Of a stretch of 64,000 nucleotides of DNA, positions 18,507-29,500 are shown piece by piece; position 1 is the first letter of the stretch; each line of letters starts with the position of its first letter. The translations under genes and the position numbers were made by a program. Source of the DNA: Candidatus Babeliales bacterium (GTDB lineage Bacteria; Babelota; Babeliae; Babelales; JANWKD01); NCBI GenBank assembly GCA_963722255.1, contig CAVRJO010000001.1, forward strand, positions 320,001 to 384,000, in the 5' to 3' direction. A model generated the notes under the pieces. The model did no database searches. It was not told where the DNA came from and saw nothing but the letters and a program-made list of their open reading frames with translations.

Positions 18507-19274
18507 TTATTCAGAATAATGTTTATAGCAAGTAGCTAATAATTTAATATATACTAGAAACAGAGAAGAATTCCATCCCCAAAAATTTAGGCCATGCAAA
18601 ATTCGATACGCACTCGTATTAACAGGTTCTCCCAAATTATCATATTCAATAAAATTTAAGAGTTGTGCGATTCTATCGCCATCTGAATCAGAACGTCCAG
18701 GAACAAGCTGAAAAATATTCCCTATATAATTTTTATAATTATAGCTTATACATAATTCTTGCGTTAACCGAGGTAAAAAATTTTGTTTCTTTAAAATATA
18801 ATGAAAAGCACCTGCTGCAATAAAACCTAACATCGGCCCAGCTAATAAACACACGACACTTGTTGAAGGAACTAAGTCATTGCCATTTTGAATTATTTTA
18901 GTAACGCCAGCCTGTGCATTTAACCCAATCAAATGAATGCCAGGCACAGGATTTTCTATAGGATTTGTTGAACCCAAATAAATCGATAGTGGCATATCAT
19001 GACAACACTTTAATACGAGAGCATGTCCTAATTCGTGAAAAAACATATTAATAAATGTACCCGCATAAGAAATTGCTGCAGCTAAAGCAACTTGCCCAGC
19101 AAATTTACCAAATCGTTTTACTTGCTCATTCTTTGACTGAGGTGCAGAGCCAGTTAAATTGCAATATAAAGACTCACCAATTTTTGGAATAAGACAAAAA
19201 TCCTGGATAACAGAATCCATCCCAATAAGAGAAATATTTTGAAACAATAAGAGCAGCAATAGATATTTTTTCAT
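18507..19274 (-). CDS. M50-like membrane zinc metallopeptidase with signal peptide
   Basis: FFHELGHAL (HExxH) in a hydrophobic segment, LAGP, SDG. Confidence 0.7.
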   Translation of the reverse strand: MKKYLLLLLLFQNISLIGMDSVIQDFCLIPKIGESLYCNLTGSAPQSKNEQVKRFGKFAGQVALAAAISYAGTFINMFFHELGHALVLKCCHDMPLSIYLGSTNPIENPVPGIHLIGLNAQAGVTKIIQNGNDLVPSTSVVCLLAGPMLGFIAAGAFHYILKKQNFLPRLTQELCISYNYKNYIGNIFQLVPGRSDSDGDRIAQLLNFIEYDNLGEPVNTSAYRILHGLNFWGWNSSLFLVYIKLLATCYKHYSE

Positions 19275-19395
19275 TGAAATCCAATAATTTTAAAGAAACT
19301 CTTCTTTTTTTCATATTATCAAATTGAAATAAATTGTCAACAAAAAAAACAAAATTCCCTCTATAAAACAGCTAAATCGCCTTTAAGCCATAGGG

Positions 19396-19425
19396 TTGAC
19401 CACAAATACACATTTGTGGTACAAT
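19396..19425 (+). promoter_or_regulatory. TA operon promoter with palindromic operator
   Basis: TTGACC-18-TACAAT; inverted repeat ACCACAAAT-acac-ATTTGTGGT (19399-19420) spans the spacer. Confidence 0.7.
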
Positions 19426-19474
19426 GTAATAAGCGGCGAGGAAATACTAAAGTTAAAAATAAATAAGGAATAAA

Positions 19475-19726
19475 ATGGCTGCAAAGGAAAATAAGGCTCG
19501 CATTTCTATAGATGTCACAAAAGAACAACACAAGCTCCTAAAAGCGCGAGCTGCTTTGAGCGGAAAAACATTACAACAACTTATCTTAGATTCGGTTGGT
19601 GAAATTCCAGAGCAAGAATTATGGCTCTATGATCCTGCTAATAAGGAACTCGTAGAACGACTTAAAAATAGTTTTACAAAAGAAGCAACAGTAGAGTGGG
19701 ATTCAATAAAACATAAGTTTGAATAA
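19475..19726 (+). CDS. Antitoxin, ribbon-helix-helix type
   Basis: RISIDVT..QHKLLKARAALSGKTLQQLI RHH pattern, acidic C-terminus; 2 bp upstream of the toxin. Confidence 0.75.
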   Translation: MAAKENKARISIDVTKEQHKLLKARAALSGKTLQQLILDSVGEIPEQELWLYDPANKELVERLKNSFTKEATVEWDSIKHKFE

Positions 19727-19728
19727 TA

Positions 19729-20022
19729 ATGTCAAAACTAAAGCTTACTGATAACGCTCTTAAAGATCTTGAACTTTTAAAAAAAGATCAGTCAAAAATT
19801 AGAATCTTAAAAGACGTTACTAAAGCGCTCAACCTCATGCAAGAAAACTTGCGTCATCCATCGTTAAATACCCATGAGTATAAAGGAATTAAAGGTCCTA
19901 ATGGAGAAAAGATTTTTGAAGCTTATGCTCAACAAAAAACATCTGGAGCTTATAGAATTTTTTGGCATTATGGTCCTGAAAAAATTACTGTAACAGTCAT
20001 TGCTATTGTGCCTCATCCTTAA
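19729..20022 (+). CDS. RelE/ParE-superfamily toxin
   Basis: LTDNALKDL, HPSLNTHEY, AYRIFWHY, VIAIVPHP; 97 aa. Confidence 0.75.
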   Translation: MSKLKLTDNALKDLELLKKDQSKIRILKDVTKALNLMQENLRHPSLNTHEYKGIKGPNGEKIFEAYAQQKTSGAYRIFWHYGPEKITVTVIAIVPHP

Positions 20023-20057
20023 CAACTGATGGCGTTTACGTTAACACTAATAATTCT

Positions 20058-21392
20058 TTACCCATTCTTTTGTACACTAATGTGCGCACCCAATGCTGCC
20101 AACTTGTTTTCAAAATGATCATACGCTCTTTTCCAATGGTGCATTCCTGTCATTACTGTAGTTCCTTGTGCAGCCAAACCGGCAATTACTAACGCACATG
20201 AACCTCGAATATCGGCGGCAATTACTGATGTACCATACAACGTTTCAACTCCAGTGATTGTTGCTCGATCACCTTTAACAGTAATTTGCGCACCCATTTT
20301 TTGTAGTTCACGTACATGCAAAAATCTATTTTCAAATACCGTCTCATGAACTTCACTTGTTCCCGAAGCCAAACATTGCAATGCCATCATAGGCGCCTGA
20401 AGATCAGTCGGGAATCCAGGGTATGGTGAAGTTACAAACGATACAGCACGAGGCGTTTTGGTTGCAACTAAACGAATACCTTTGCCGTTGCTCCCAATCT
20501 CAATACAATGTCCCATTTCTTCAAGTTTTAATAAAAAGACATCAAGATTATGCGCTAATGCTTGAGGTAAATAAATTGATCCTCCCGTAATAGCAGTAGC
20601 CGCTAATAGTGCCCCAGCTTCTAAGCGATCAAACATGATCTGATGCTGTAGAGGCAATAACGTTGAAACTCCTTCGATTTCAATAGTTGCAGGTGGATAT
20701 ACCGTAATTTTTGCTCCCATCTTAGTAAGCACTGCAATGAGATCGATAACTTCTGGTTCAAGCGATGCATTAATAATATGCGTTATTCCCGGAGTAAGAA
20801 CCGCAGCCATCATTATATTTTCAGTGGCACCAACACTTGGATATTCTAAAACCAAATTACCCGATTTCAATTGCGGCGTTGAACCAATTATAGTTTCACC
20901 ATCAACTACAAAATGAACGCCCATCTTTTCAAAATTTTTAAGATGAAAATTTATAGGCCGAGTCCCAATTGAACATCCGCCCGGCAGAGCAATTTCTGCT
21001 CGCGCAAATCGAGCAAGCAACGGCCCCATAACTAATACAGAAGCTCTCATTTTTTTCATAAGGGCCGATGATACTTTACAACGCGAAATCATACTCGTAT
21101 CGACTTCCAATTTTTTTGAATCTGTATCAAAGATGATGTGAGCACCCAATTCTTGCATTAAAGCGATCATTTGAAGAACATCATTAGAATGTGGGACATT
21201 TGTTAAAATAGATTTGCCTTCCGTTAACAATAAGGATGCAATAATAACAAGCACCGCATTTTTTGCTCCCGAAAGTTCTACTTCACCGGAAAGATTATGT
21301 GATTGTTTAACAATAATTCTTCCATCTACACAATCCTGATCCAATAAAAACTGTCTAACGATACTTTCAGTTGTTTGAGAACTACTATTCAT
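20058..21392 (-). CDS. murA: UDP-N-acetylglucosamine 1-carboxyvinyltransferase
   Basis: SGAKNA, MRASVLVMGPLL, LPGGCSIGTRP, YPGFPTDLQ, FENRF. Confidence 0.97.
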   Translation of the reverse strand: MNSSSQTTESIVRQFLLDQDCVDGRIIVKQSHNLSGEVELSGAKNAVLVIIASLLLTEGKSILTNVPHSNDVLQMIALMQELGAHIIFDTDSKKLEVDTSMISRCKVSSALMKKMRASVLVMGPLLARFARAEIALPGGCSIGTRPINFHLKNFEKMGVHFVVDGETIIGSTPQLKSGNLVLEYPSVGATENIMMAAVLTPGITHIINASLEPEVIDLIAVLTKMGAKITVYPPATIEIEGVSTLLPLQHQIMFDRLEAGALLAATAITGGSIYLPQALAHNLDVFLLKLEEMGHCIEIGSNGKGIRLVATKTPRAVSFVTSPYPGFPTDLQAPMMALQCLASGTSEVHETVFENRFLHVRELQKMGAQITVKGDRATITGVETLYGTSVIAADIRGSCALVIAGLAAQGTTVMTGMHHWKRAYDHFENKLAALGAHISVQKNG

Positions 21393-21599
21393 TCGGGGTC
21401 CCTAAAAAATTTATACTCATATTAATCTGCATTAGTTGTAGAGTGCACTATGCAGCTTATACTAATAAAAAAACAAAAAAAAATACATTATTACGTACGT
21501 TCAAAAATCTATCCATATTATTTTCAAAAAAAACAATCCTGGTATTCTAATACATTGCGTATTCTTTACTCGTTTGACACTTTAACATAAATGCGACCT

Positions 21600-22190
21600 A
21601 TGAAAAAAACAATACATACAAAAGGAAGTTTGGAAGTAATCTGTGGATCAATGTTCTCCGGAAAAAGCGAAGAACTGATTCGTCGTCTTAATCGTGCAAC
21701 CTTTGCCCGCTTATCGGTTCAGACCTTTAAGCATAGCCTCGATAAAAGAACAGCTATAGAAAATGTTGCTTCTCACAATGGGAATACTTTTACGGCAATC
21801 CCCCTAGAAAATCCCGATGAACTGCTTTCATTAATCAAAGATGAAACAAATGTGGTTGGTATTGACGAAATACAATGGTTTTCTCTTGATATCATACCAG
21901 TTGTTTGCAAGCTTATAGAATTAAATAAACGAGTTATTGTGGCAGGTCTTGATTTGGATTTCAAAGGAGTACCCTTTGGTTGCATGCCTCTTTTAATGTC
22001 AATTGCCGATGATATAACAAAACTTAAAGCAATTTGTATAGTTTGTGGCAACGATGCACATTTTACTCAACGCCTTGTTAATGGGAAACCTGCAAAATTT
22101 GATGACCCCATCATTTTAGTTGGCTCACAAGAATGTTATCAAGCACGCTGCAGATCATGCCACAGTATTGATAAACAACCAACCTTTTAA
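21600..22190 (+). CDS. tdk: Thymidine kinase
   Basis: GSMFSGKSEELIRR, IDEIQ, AGLDLDF, Zn-site CIVC/CRSC. Confidence 0.96.
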   Translation: MKKTIHTKGSLEVICGSMFSGKSEELIRRLNRATFARLSVQTFKHSLDKRTAIENVASHNGNTFTAIPLENPDELLSLIKDETNVVGIDEIQWFSLDIIPVVCKLIELNKRVIVAGLDLDFKGVPFGCMPLLMSIADDITKLKAICIVCGNDAHFTQRLVNGKPAKFDDPIILVGSQECYQARCRSCHSIDKQPTF

Positions 22191-22229
22191 AGCACAAAAA
22201 ATAATTCTATAACATTTTGTAAAGCTTTC

Positions 22230-22277
22230 AAAAAAATTGCCACTCAGAGTAGATTCTACTTGGTGGCAATTTTTTTT
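22230..22277 (+). terminator. Intrinsic terminator after tdk (possibly bidirectional)
   Basis: AAAAAAATTGCCAC...GTGGCAATTTTTTTT inverted repeat. Confidence 0.7.
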
Positions 22278-22355
22278 GCCTGTACGGTTATTAGTCTTGC
22301 TCGTATATGTATATACTATTTAAAATATTTATAATGCATTACAAAGAGGCTTTCG

Positions 22356-23129
22356 ATGAAATATTACAAAAGTGCAATTTATAGCATCGTATTTTCAATC
22401 ACTTCATTCACTTTTTCGATGGAAAATATCGTTTCCTTATATGATTGCTTGGCATTATCTCCACAGCTACAATAAACAATGTTGAAAAAGCTTTTAATAA
22501 TTTTTGTCAAAATCAAAGCAGTAAAACAATAAAACAGATCTTAAAAGAAGAATCTACATCAACAATCATAGAGTCTTACATCATCTTAAGTTCGCCTATT
22601 TGGAAAGAGATATATGACAAAACTTATAATCTTGATTGTTTTTATCATGAAGCCTCATCTGCTTATTCTGAAGAACAACTTGATCTTTATCGTACGCTTC
22701 AAGCTCCAAAAAATGCCAGCAAATCTGAACTATTAAAATGTTATATACTACAAACCAAACACAAATAGTCCTTATAAATTTCCAGAAAATTCTCAAGAGG
22801 CTAAAGAAGCAGAAGAAAGATACGAAGAGATTATATACAGCTATGTACTACTAAGTAATAAGGCTTTACGCGCCATATATGATAAAGACAATAATAAATT
22901 TCGGTTTCTAGTTGCGCTCAAAAAACATGATGCTTTTAAAAGAATAAAAAAATGTGCTAAAGTTAAAGACCAACGAAGAGGAAATTATCGATCACTTTCG
23001 TTAAATTTGACAGATCTAAAAGAAACTCTAATTCTCGATTTGGTTAAATCTAACCGGTTTAACCAAATAAAAAAGCTTATTGATGAACTCGACAATAAAG
23101 AACTCAACCAGAATGAAAAAAAAGACTGA
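22356..23129 (+). CDS. Secreted protein with tandem degenerate J-domain-like repeats; two frameshifts (error or pseudogene)
   Basis: MKYYKSAIYSIVFSITSFTFS|ME..SLYD, shift to LGIISTAT...DLYRTLQAPKNASKSELLKCY, shift to ...EAEERYEEIIYSYVLLSNKALRAIYD...; stop at 23127-23129. Confidence 0.6.
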
Positions 23130-23365
23130 ATTCTATTGTACTATGCAAAGACTACTGTCCCTTTTTTTATAAAGGTATCCGTTATCTTTTATTAATTTAC
23201 AGCTTAGTATTTGTACCAAATAATTAACGATCCCAATCTGTACCTAGCACATAATTAATTTCAAATAAGATTTTTTTATTATTTTCTCACATTGCTTATT
23301 GCTTATCTTTATAGTACAATATAAACACAGTGAAAATAATTTTATACTTAAAATTAAAGGATATT

Positions 23366-24112
23366 ATGAAAAATAATTTCAAAAAATATTTAATTTTACT
23401 CCTAGCTTCGTGCGGAATATTAAATGCCATGGAATATAAAGAAGATTATTACGCCCTTCTCAATCTTTCTCAAAATGCCTCGCCAATAGAAATAACAGAA
23501 TCTTTAAATAATCTTTATAAAGCTGCATACCCGAAGATAGTAATCAAAGAATCAAGAGAATCAGCGCAAAATGAGTTTTTCAGGAAAAGCGTAATAGCAT
23601 ACATGGTGTTAAGCAATCCTGAACTTAAAGAAGCTTATGACCAAAATTCAGCATGCTTTAATGAAGAACCATTCCAGTATTATTCTCTTTTAAATGTCCC
23701 CTTAGAGATCCCTCAAAATAAAACAAATAACAATAAAACACCCCCGGCAGCTCTTGATGAAAAAAATGTATATGATCTTTTTACCTCAATTCAACCAAAA
23801 ACTATTTCTGAAGCATTACATAATTGCGGCAATGATGCCGAATTATATGCTTATGATCTGTTAAGCGATAATGCCTTACGTTCGTTATATCATCAGAATC
23901 CAACGCCCTCAAAATTTGCTAAAAGTTTAGACGAATATCGTAAAACATTAGTTCCAAATAGCTCTTATATATCCCAAGAAGAAAAAGAATCACCATTATC
24001 TAAAAAAAAATCAAAAAAGAAGATAAAATTATCGCATAGGTTGACTTTATCTGGAATAGTTTCAAAACTAAAACGAACTCCAAGTTATCGTTCAAACACA
24101 GGAAAAATATAA
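23366..24112 (+). CDS. Secreted J-domain-like protein lacking HPD
   Basis: LNA|MEYKEDYYALLNLSQNASPIEI...AYMVLSNPELKEAYD; basic tail SKKKSKKKIK. Confidence 0.7.
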   Translation: MKNNFKKYLILLLASCGILNAMEYKEDYYALLNLSQNASPIEITESLNNLYKAAYPKIVIKESRESAQNEFFRKSVIAYMVLSNPELKEAYDQNSACFNEEPFQYYSLLNVPLEIPQNKTNNNKTPPAALDEKNVYDLFTSIQPKTISEALHNCGNDAELYAYDLLSDNALRSLYHQNPTPSKFAKSLDEYRKTLVPNSSYISQEEKESPLSKKKSKKKIKLSHRLTLSGIVSKLKRTPSYRSNTGKI

Positions 24113-24120
24113 TAGAGCCT

Positions 24121-25470
24121 ATGAAACATAAAGCTGAATTTTTTTGTTCAGAATGCGATTATCATCCCGCTAAATGGCTTGGATGTTGCCCTCATTGCCA
24201 AACATGGGGAACAATTTCTGAAAAGGTAGCGCCTACTGCCAATGCCACCGCTTCTATCTTGCGCCCCGGTAGCAGCCTTACCTTAACCTCGCTTTCGGAT
24301 GTTTTAACCGCCCCAAAAGAACGTATGCTTACTAACATCTCAGAATGGGATAGAGTTCTCGGGGGTGGCATAATGCAAGGATCTTTTATTATTGTCACTG
24401 GAGACCCAGGTATTGGAAAATCAACCTTATTACTGCAAATTGCAGATCGCTTGTCACAGAACCATACCATTTTTTATTTTTCTTCAGAAGAATCCCTTGA
24501 GCAAATTACTGCACGCGCTCGAAGACTCAATTGCTCTAACAACAATCTTCTTTTTTCGGATGAAGGGAATCTTGAATCAATCATAAAAACAGCACAAGAA
24601 CAAAAACCTGCAATCATTATCGTCGATTCAATTCAAAACTGTTATTCATCCACAGCCCAAGCAATTCCCGGAACGGTAGGTCAATTACGTGAATCCGCCT
24701 TTCATCTTATGCGGCTAGCAAAGGAATATGACATCGCCATTATTGTTACCGGCCACATTACTAAGGATGGAACGATAGCAGGACCAAAAATGTTAGAACA
24801 TATGGTTGATGCAGTTTTTTATTTACAAGGCGAAGATCGCTGGCAAACGCGTGTATTGCGTTCAGTTAAAAATAGATTTGGTGCAATTAACGAAATAGGC
24901 TTTTTTGAAATGCAAGAAAACGGACTTCAAGAAGTTGCTAATATCAACCAGCAACTACTTAATGAAGCATCGTATGCACCAGGCTCAACGCTTATAAGCT
25001 ATTGCGAAGGGTCGCGACCTTTACTTTTAGAACTTCAAGCACTCGTTGTCCCTTCAAAGTTTGGTATTCCTCAACGTGTTATCTCAGGTCTTGATCAAAA
25101 ACAGGTTGTCATCATTGCAGCTATACTTGAGAAATATCTACAAATCCCTTTTAGCTCACATGACATCTTTTTCAAAATTAGCGGAGGCTTTAAAATAAAA
25201 GAAAGCACCGCTGATCTGGGCATAGCATTAGCCCTTCTCTCCAGCTACTTCAAAAAACCAGTTCCTAAAAAATCACTTATACTTGGAGAAATTAATTTAA
25301 CCGGCCAAATAAAACCAATTAATCACATAACTATCCACATCACTGAAGCACAAAAGTTCGGTATTGAACAACTGATTCTTGCAAAGAATCAAAAAATTGA
25401 AAAAAGCTTATCAACTTCTTTACACAAATTTCAATCCGTATATGAACTCGTATCATTATTTGATGAATAA
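24121..25470 (+). CDS. radA: DNA repair protein RadA/Sms
   Basis: N-terminal C4 zinc finger, GDPGIGKST, KNRFG. Confidence 0.97.
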   Translation: MKHKAEFFCSECDYHPAKWLGCCPHCQTWGTISEKVAPTANATASILRPGSSLTLTSLSDVLTAPKERMLTNISEWDRVLGGGIMQGSFIIVTGDPGIGKSTLLLQIADRLSQNHTIFYFSSEESLEQITARARRLNCSNNNLLFSDEGNLESIIKTAQEQKPAIIIVDSIQNCYSSTAQAIPGTVGQLRESAFHLMRLAKEYDIAIIVTGHITKDGTIAGPKMLEHMVDAVFYLQGEDRWQTRVLRSVKNRFGAINEIGFFEMQENGLQEVANINQQLLNEASYAPGSTLISYCEGSRPLLLELQALVVPSKFGIPQRVISGLDQKQVVIIAAILEKYLQIPFSSHDIFFKISGGFKIKESTADLGIALALLSSYFKKPVPKKSLILGEINLTGQIKPINHITIHITEAQKFGIEQLILAKNQKIEKSLSTSLHKFQSVYELVSLFDE

Positions 25471-25625
25471 ATTCAATACTTTCACAATTGTAAAAATAAA
25501 TTTAAGATAATTGCCATTTTGTACTATACATAGTATTCTTACTAAAGAGCATATAACTTTAGAATAGTGTACTGAGTTTTTATTATTTCAAAAACTAAGT
25601 ACCTTAAGCCAAAAGAGCTTATGAT

Positions 25626-26552
25626 ATGAACTACACTTCCTTACTTTTTTTATTTCCATTATTATTTGTATGCTCGGGTTGTGTCCATTCTCCCTCACAG
25701 CACTATTATTCACACATAATTACTTGTACTACACCCGAAAAGCCGCTTATTTTTACAGAAAAGCCTCCTCTTCATTCCAATGAGAGAACCATCACTATAT
25801 GGATACATGGAACAAAAGCGTTTTTTTCTAAATTTCTTTACACAAATTTTTTTTATACACGAAAGGGAGTTCATAGTGCCTTGAGCTTTGAACCTCACTA
25901 CCATCTTCGAGAAATCGCAGAACTTTTATACGCGCAAAACCCACAAAAGTTCCCCATCGATGACTTTTATTTTTATGGTTGGTCAGGGAAATTAAGCTTC
26001 AAAGCACGATATAAAGCTGCTAAAAAACTGTATATTCAAATACAGGCACTGGTAAAACAGTATGAAGATGCGTATGGAATAAAACCTTCAATTCGTATCA
26101 TAACGCATAGCCATGGCGGTAATGTCGCGCTTAATTTAGCGTGCTTCAATAATGATATGCAGCTTTTTATTGATGAACTCATTCTTATGGCATGTCCAGT
26201 GCAAGAACGAACCTGTAATCTAACGGCGCATTCTATGTTCAAAAAAATTTATTCACTTTATTCGCGGTTTGATTCGATTCAAGTTCTAGATCCTCAATGG
26301 CTTTATTATTTGCTTAAAAAAGACTTTACAGAAGCTCCGGTAAAACCGAATAGTTTCTTTTCTAAAAGGGATTTTCCACCCTTAGAAAAAATGGTGCAAG
26401 TCCAACTAAAACTTAACAATCGCGGTATCATGCATATTGAGTTCATTACTAACAAGTTTGTAGGTCTGCTACCAATTATTCTGCATGAAATCAATCAGCT
26501 GAAATCTATTACCCCTTTTTCAACTAATGTTATTACTCTTAAGCTGCTTTAA
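25626..26552 (+). CDS. Putative lipoprotein, alpha/beta hydrolase
   Basis: Lipobox-like CSG|C, WIHGT, ITHSHGGN nucleophile elbow. Confidence 0.7.
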   Translation: MNYTSLLFLFPLLFVCSGCVHSPSQHYYSHIITCTTPEKPLIFTEKPPLHSNERTITIWIHGTKAFFSKFLYTNFFYTRKGVHSALSFEPHYHLREIAELLYAQNPQKFPIDDFYFYGWSGKLSFKARYKAAKKLYIQIQALVKQYEDAYGIKPSIRIITHSHGGNVALNLACFNNDMQLFIDELILMACPVQERTCNLTAHSMFKKIYSLYSRFDSIQVLDPQWLYYLLKKDFTEAPVKPNSFFSKRDFPPLEKMVQVQLKLNNRGIMHIEFITNKFVGLLPIILHEINQLKSITPFSTNVITLKLL

Positions 26553-29500
26553 GAGCTCGCTCTTGTATTTCACAATTTTGTGCTCTAACTCTTCAATCAT
26601 TTTTTCTTGTTCCTCAGTAAACACGATGCTTATATCAGTTCCAGCATCACTCAGATAATAACGCAAGCTAATTAATTGTCTCTTTTTAAGAGCATCGAGA
26701 GCATCTTTTACAATTTTCAACGGTTGTTTGAGTCCCATACAGTTATAAAATGGTTCTCCTTTGGTCTGCTTTAAAAGTTGATCAGAAGCATTAAGAATTT
26801 GATCAATTAATAAATTAGGCAGTTGATTAATTACAACAAAATCGCCCTCAGAGCCTTTTGGATTTGAACATAAAGCATAAAAACCATCTCTGAATGCTTT
26901 GCTAAATTCAATTTGTTTAATTAAATCTTTTAACTGCTCCGATTCTTTCTTTTTTAATTTTCGAAAACCACGCTTTTTATGCATTAATTTTTTAAACTTC
27001 CTGTCGTTGTAGTCTTGATCTCCTAATGAATCCATAACTTCGTAATATATTTTTCCATCTTTACTTATTTGTTTTATAGCGATCCAATGTGTAAAGGTTC
27101 GATAATATTCGGATTCTTCGCTATACCTCCCATTTTGATCCCAACTAGTATCTTCGTCAGCTAAGCTTACTAGATAGGCCCTTTCAAAATCTTTACCCTT
27201 ATCAATATCATCATGGATACGAGCAATTTGATTAATAACAGTTACATCTAAACCATACTTTCCTGCACAATATCTGCCAACATCAGGTATAAATATGACA
27301 GAATCCTCAGAAGAATATTCTTTATGTAATTGAGCAATTTCTTCTTCATTCAACCATTGAACGTCACCATCATCGCGCTTTTTCTTAATCTTCTTTTTAC
27401 AGTTCTTAAGAAATGATTCCAAATTAATTGTTATTTTATTTACTGAGTTCAATGCATTATATAATGCATGATACCCACATTCAGCATTATTTTGCCTTTT
27501 TACTTCTACATGATTAAAGGTAATAGCATCTTGCATTTTTTTTCCAGAATTTCTCGTTGTAACAGGAACAGAAATATTTGATTCTGATATATATGGCACA
27601 GCTCTTTCATTATCCTGAAGTAAAAGTTTAATCAAGTTGTACCAAACACGCTGCTCTTTTTTTTGATCCTGCAAATTTTTATTCATAGCGGTTGGTGCAA
27701 TAAATTTAAAGGGGCCTTCGCTTTGCAATAAAGCATTATCCTTAACACATTCGGCATACAAACTATTTTGGGACTTAACCATTAGTTGCTGCTGATCACA
27801 ATAAATCGGAAATCTTCTCTTATAAAAAAAATAACACCATGCAGCTATTTTCGTTTTAAAGTCATATGAAGACCATACTTCATTAATATTTTTTTCCTTA
27901 TATTCTTCAAGGTCATGTTGACTTTTTATTGTTGCAGCCTCTACTTGCTGAATAACTTTACTATTCTCTTCTAATTTCCTTCTATAAGGAGCATGCTCGC
28001 GCTCAAGCATATAAATAAACCAAGCATTAAAGATATTTTGAATTTTTTGAGCATCTAATTCATCGTTTTTTTTATAAAACTTTTTAACAATTTTGAAAAA
28101 TTCCTTATGGTTTATTTGGAGCAATTCTTGATAATAACTATAAATCTCATCTGACAAAGGTGTATCTTTAAATAAAATTTCTAAATAATTACCACCATAA
28201 AAATCACGTAATATATTTAATTTCTCTTTTTTTAATAACTTCTTTTGAATTGCATCTTCATATTTTTTTATTTTTTGTTTACACATGTCATAAGATTCAT
28301 CAATGCTGCTTATCTCTTTACGGCAAAGCTTCTGCTGCTGTTCAAATTCTTTTTGCTCATCCTCTATTAAATCTGCCTTATCATTCTTTGAAAATAAGGA
28401 AAGATATCCCCTAGCTTTTACAATCTCATCTTGCACATGTTTATTAACTCGAATTCTTTCAGTACACGCAGCTAATTTCTCTTGCCATACTTCAAACTTC
28501 TCGCGCACTTCAATCTTTTTTTCTCTTAATATCCTTTGCTCTTCAAAAAGACTATTTAATGATTGCGATTCTAAGCTACCATCAGCTAATTTCTTTTTGC
28601 TCTTCAAAATAGAATTGGCTATATCCTCTTTTTCTTAAAATACCATTAAGAGCTTCCAATTTTTTTTCTATAGAAAGACTATTATCTTCTAGCTTCTTAA
28701 TCTCAAGTTGTACCTTATTTTCTGACTCATAATGTGCTGCTATAGCCTGAGAAATACGTTTGGCATCTTCCTGATTTATTTCGATATCAAGAACCATTTT
28801 TTTACTTTTTTCAAAACTCTCTTTTGCTTCTTTTTTTTCTTTTTTAATAAGAACTTTTTGCCTTTTAGGCACGCCATTCTTACGAGCATTAGCCAATTCC
28901 ATTCGATATTTTTCTAGATGCTCTTGAGCAGCCTTCATTTCATTTCTTAACCTTAACAAGTTAGGCTGCGATTCGTTACAAAGATCACGAAGCTTACCAA
29001 GCATAACCTTTTTACTCTCTACATCCATTTTCATTGAACTATTTTTAAACTCATTACAAAGCAGATCAATTTGCTTTTTTGTGTCCTCACATTTTTTTTC
29101 AAGTTTATTCTTCTTTCTTATTAAGAAAGAATCATCTTCAACTCCGGCACATTTTTCTTCAAAAGTATTAGGATTTTTATGAATACCAGCTTTAAGTACT
29201 ACTTGCGTCTTTTCATAAAATAATGAACCTATCTTAGATAAATAGGAATAAAGTTGATCTTCTAATTTCGGTATTTGACGATGATTAACTGCATCTTGTG
29301 CAGCTGAATCGGCCGCAGCCGTTAAATTCCGTATCAGAAATAAACTTTGGTTAACAGACCACAGTAAAGGATTTATACTCGTCTTACCATGATTTTTTAA
29401 AAGGGACACTACTACCGACTTCAATTGAGAAGGAACCTTTTCTTGAGCAATTCGTGATATCTTTGTAGGAGCCATATCCTGCTCTATTGCCTTTTCAATA

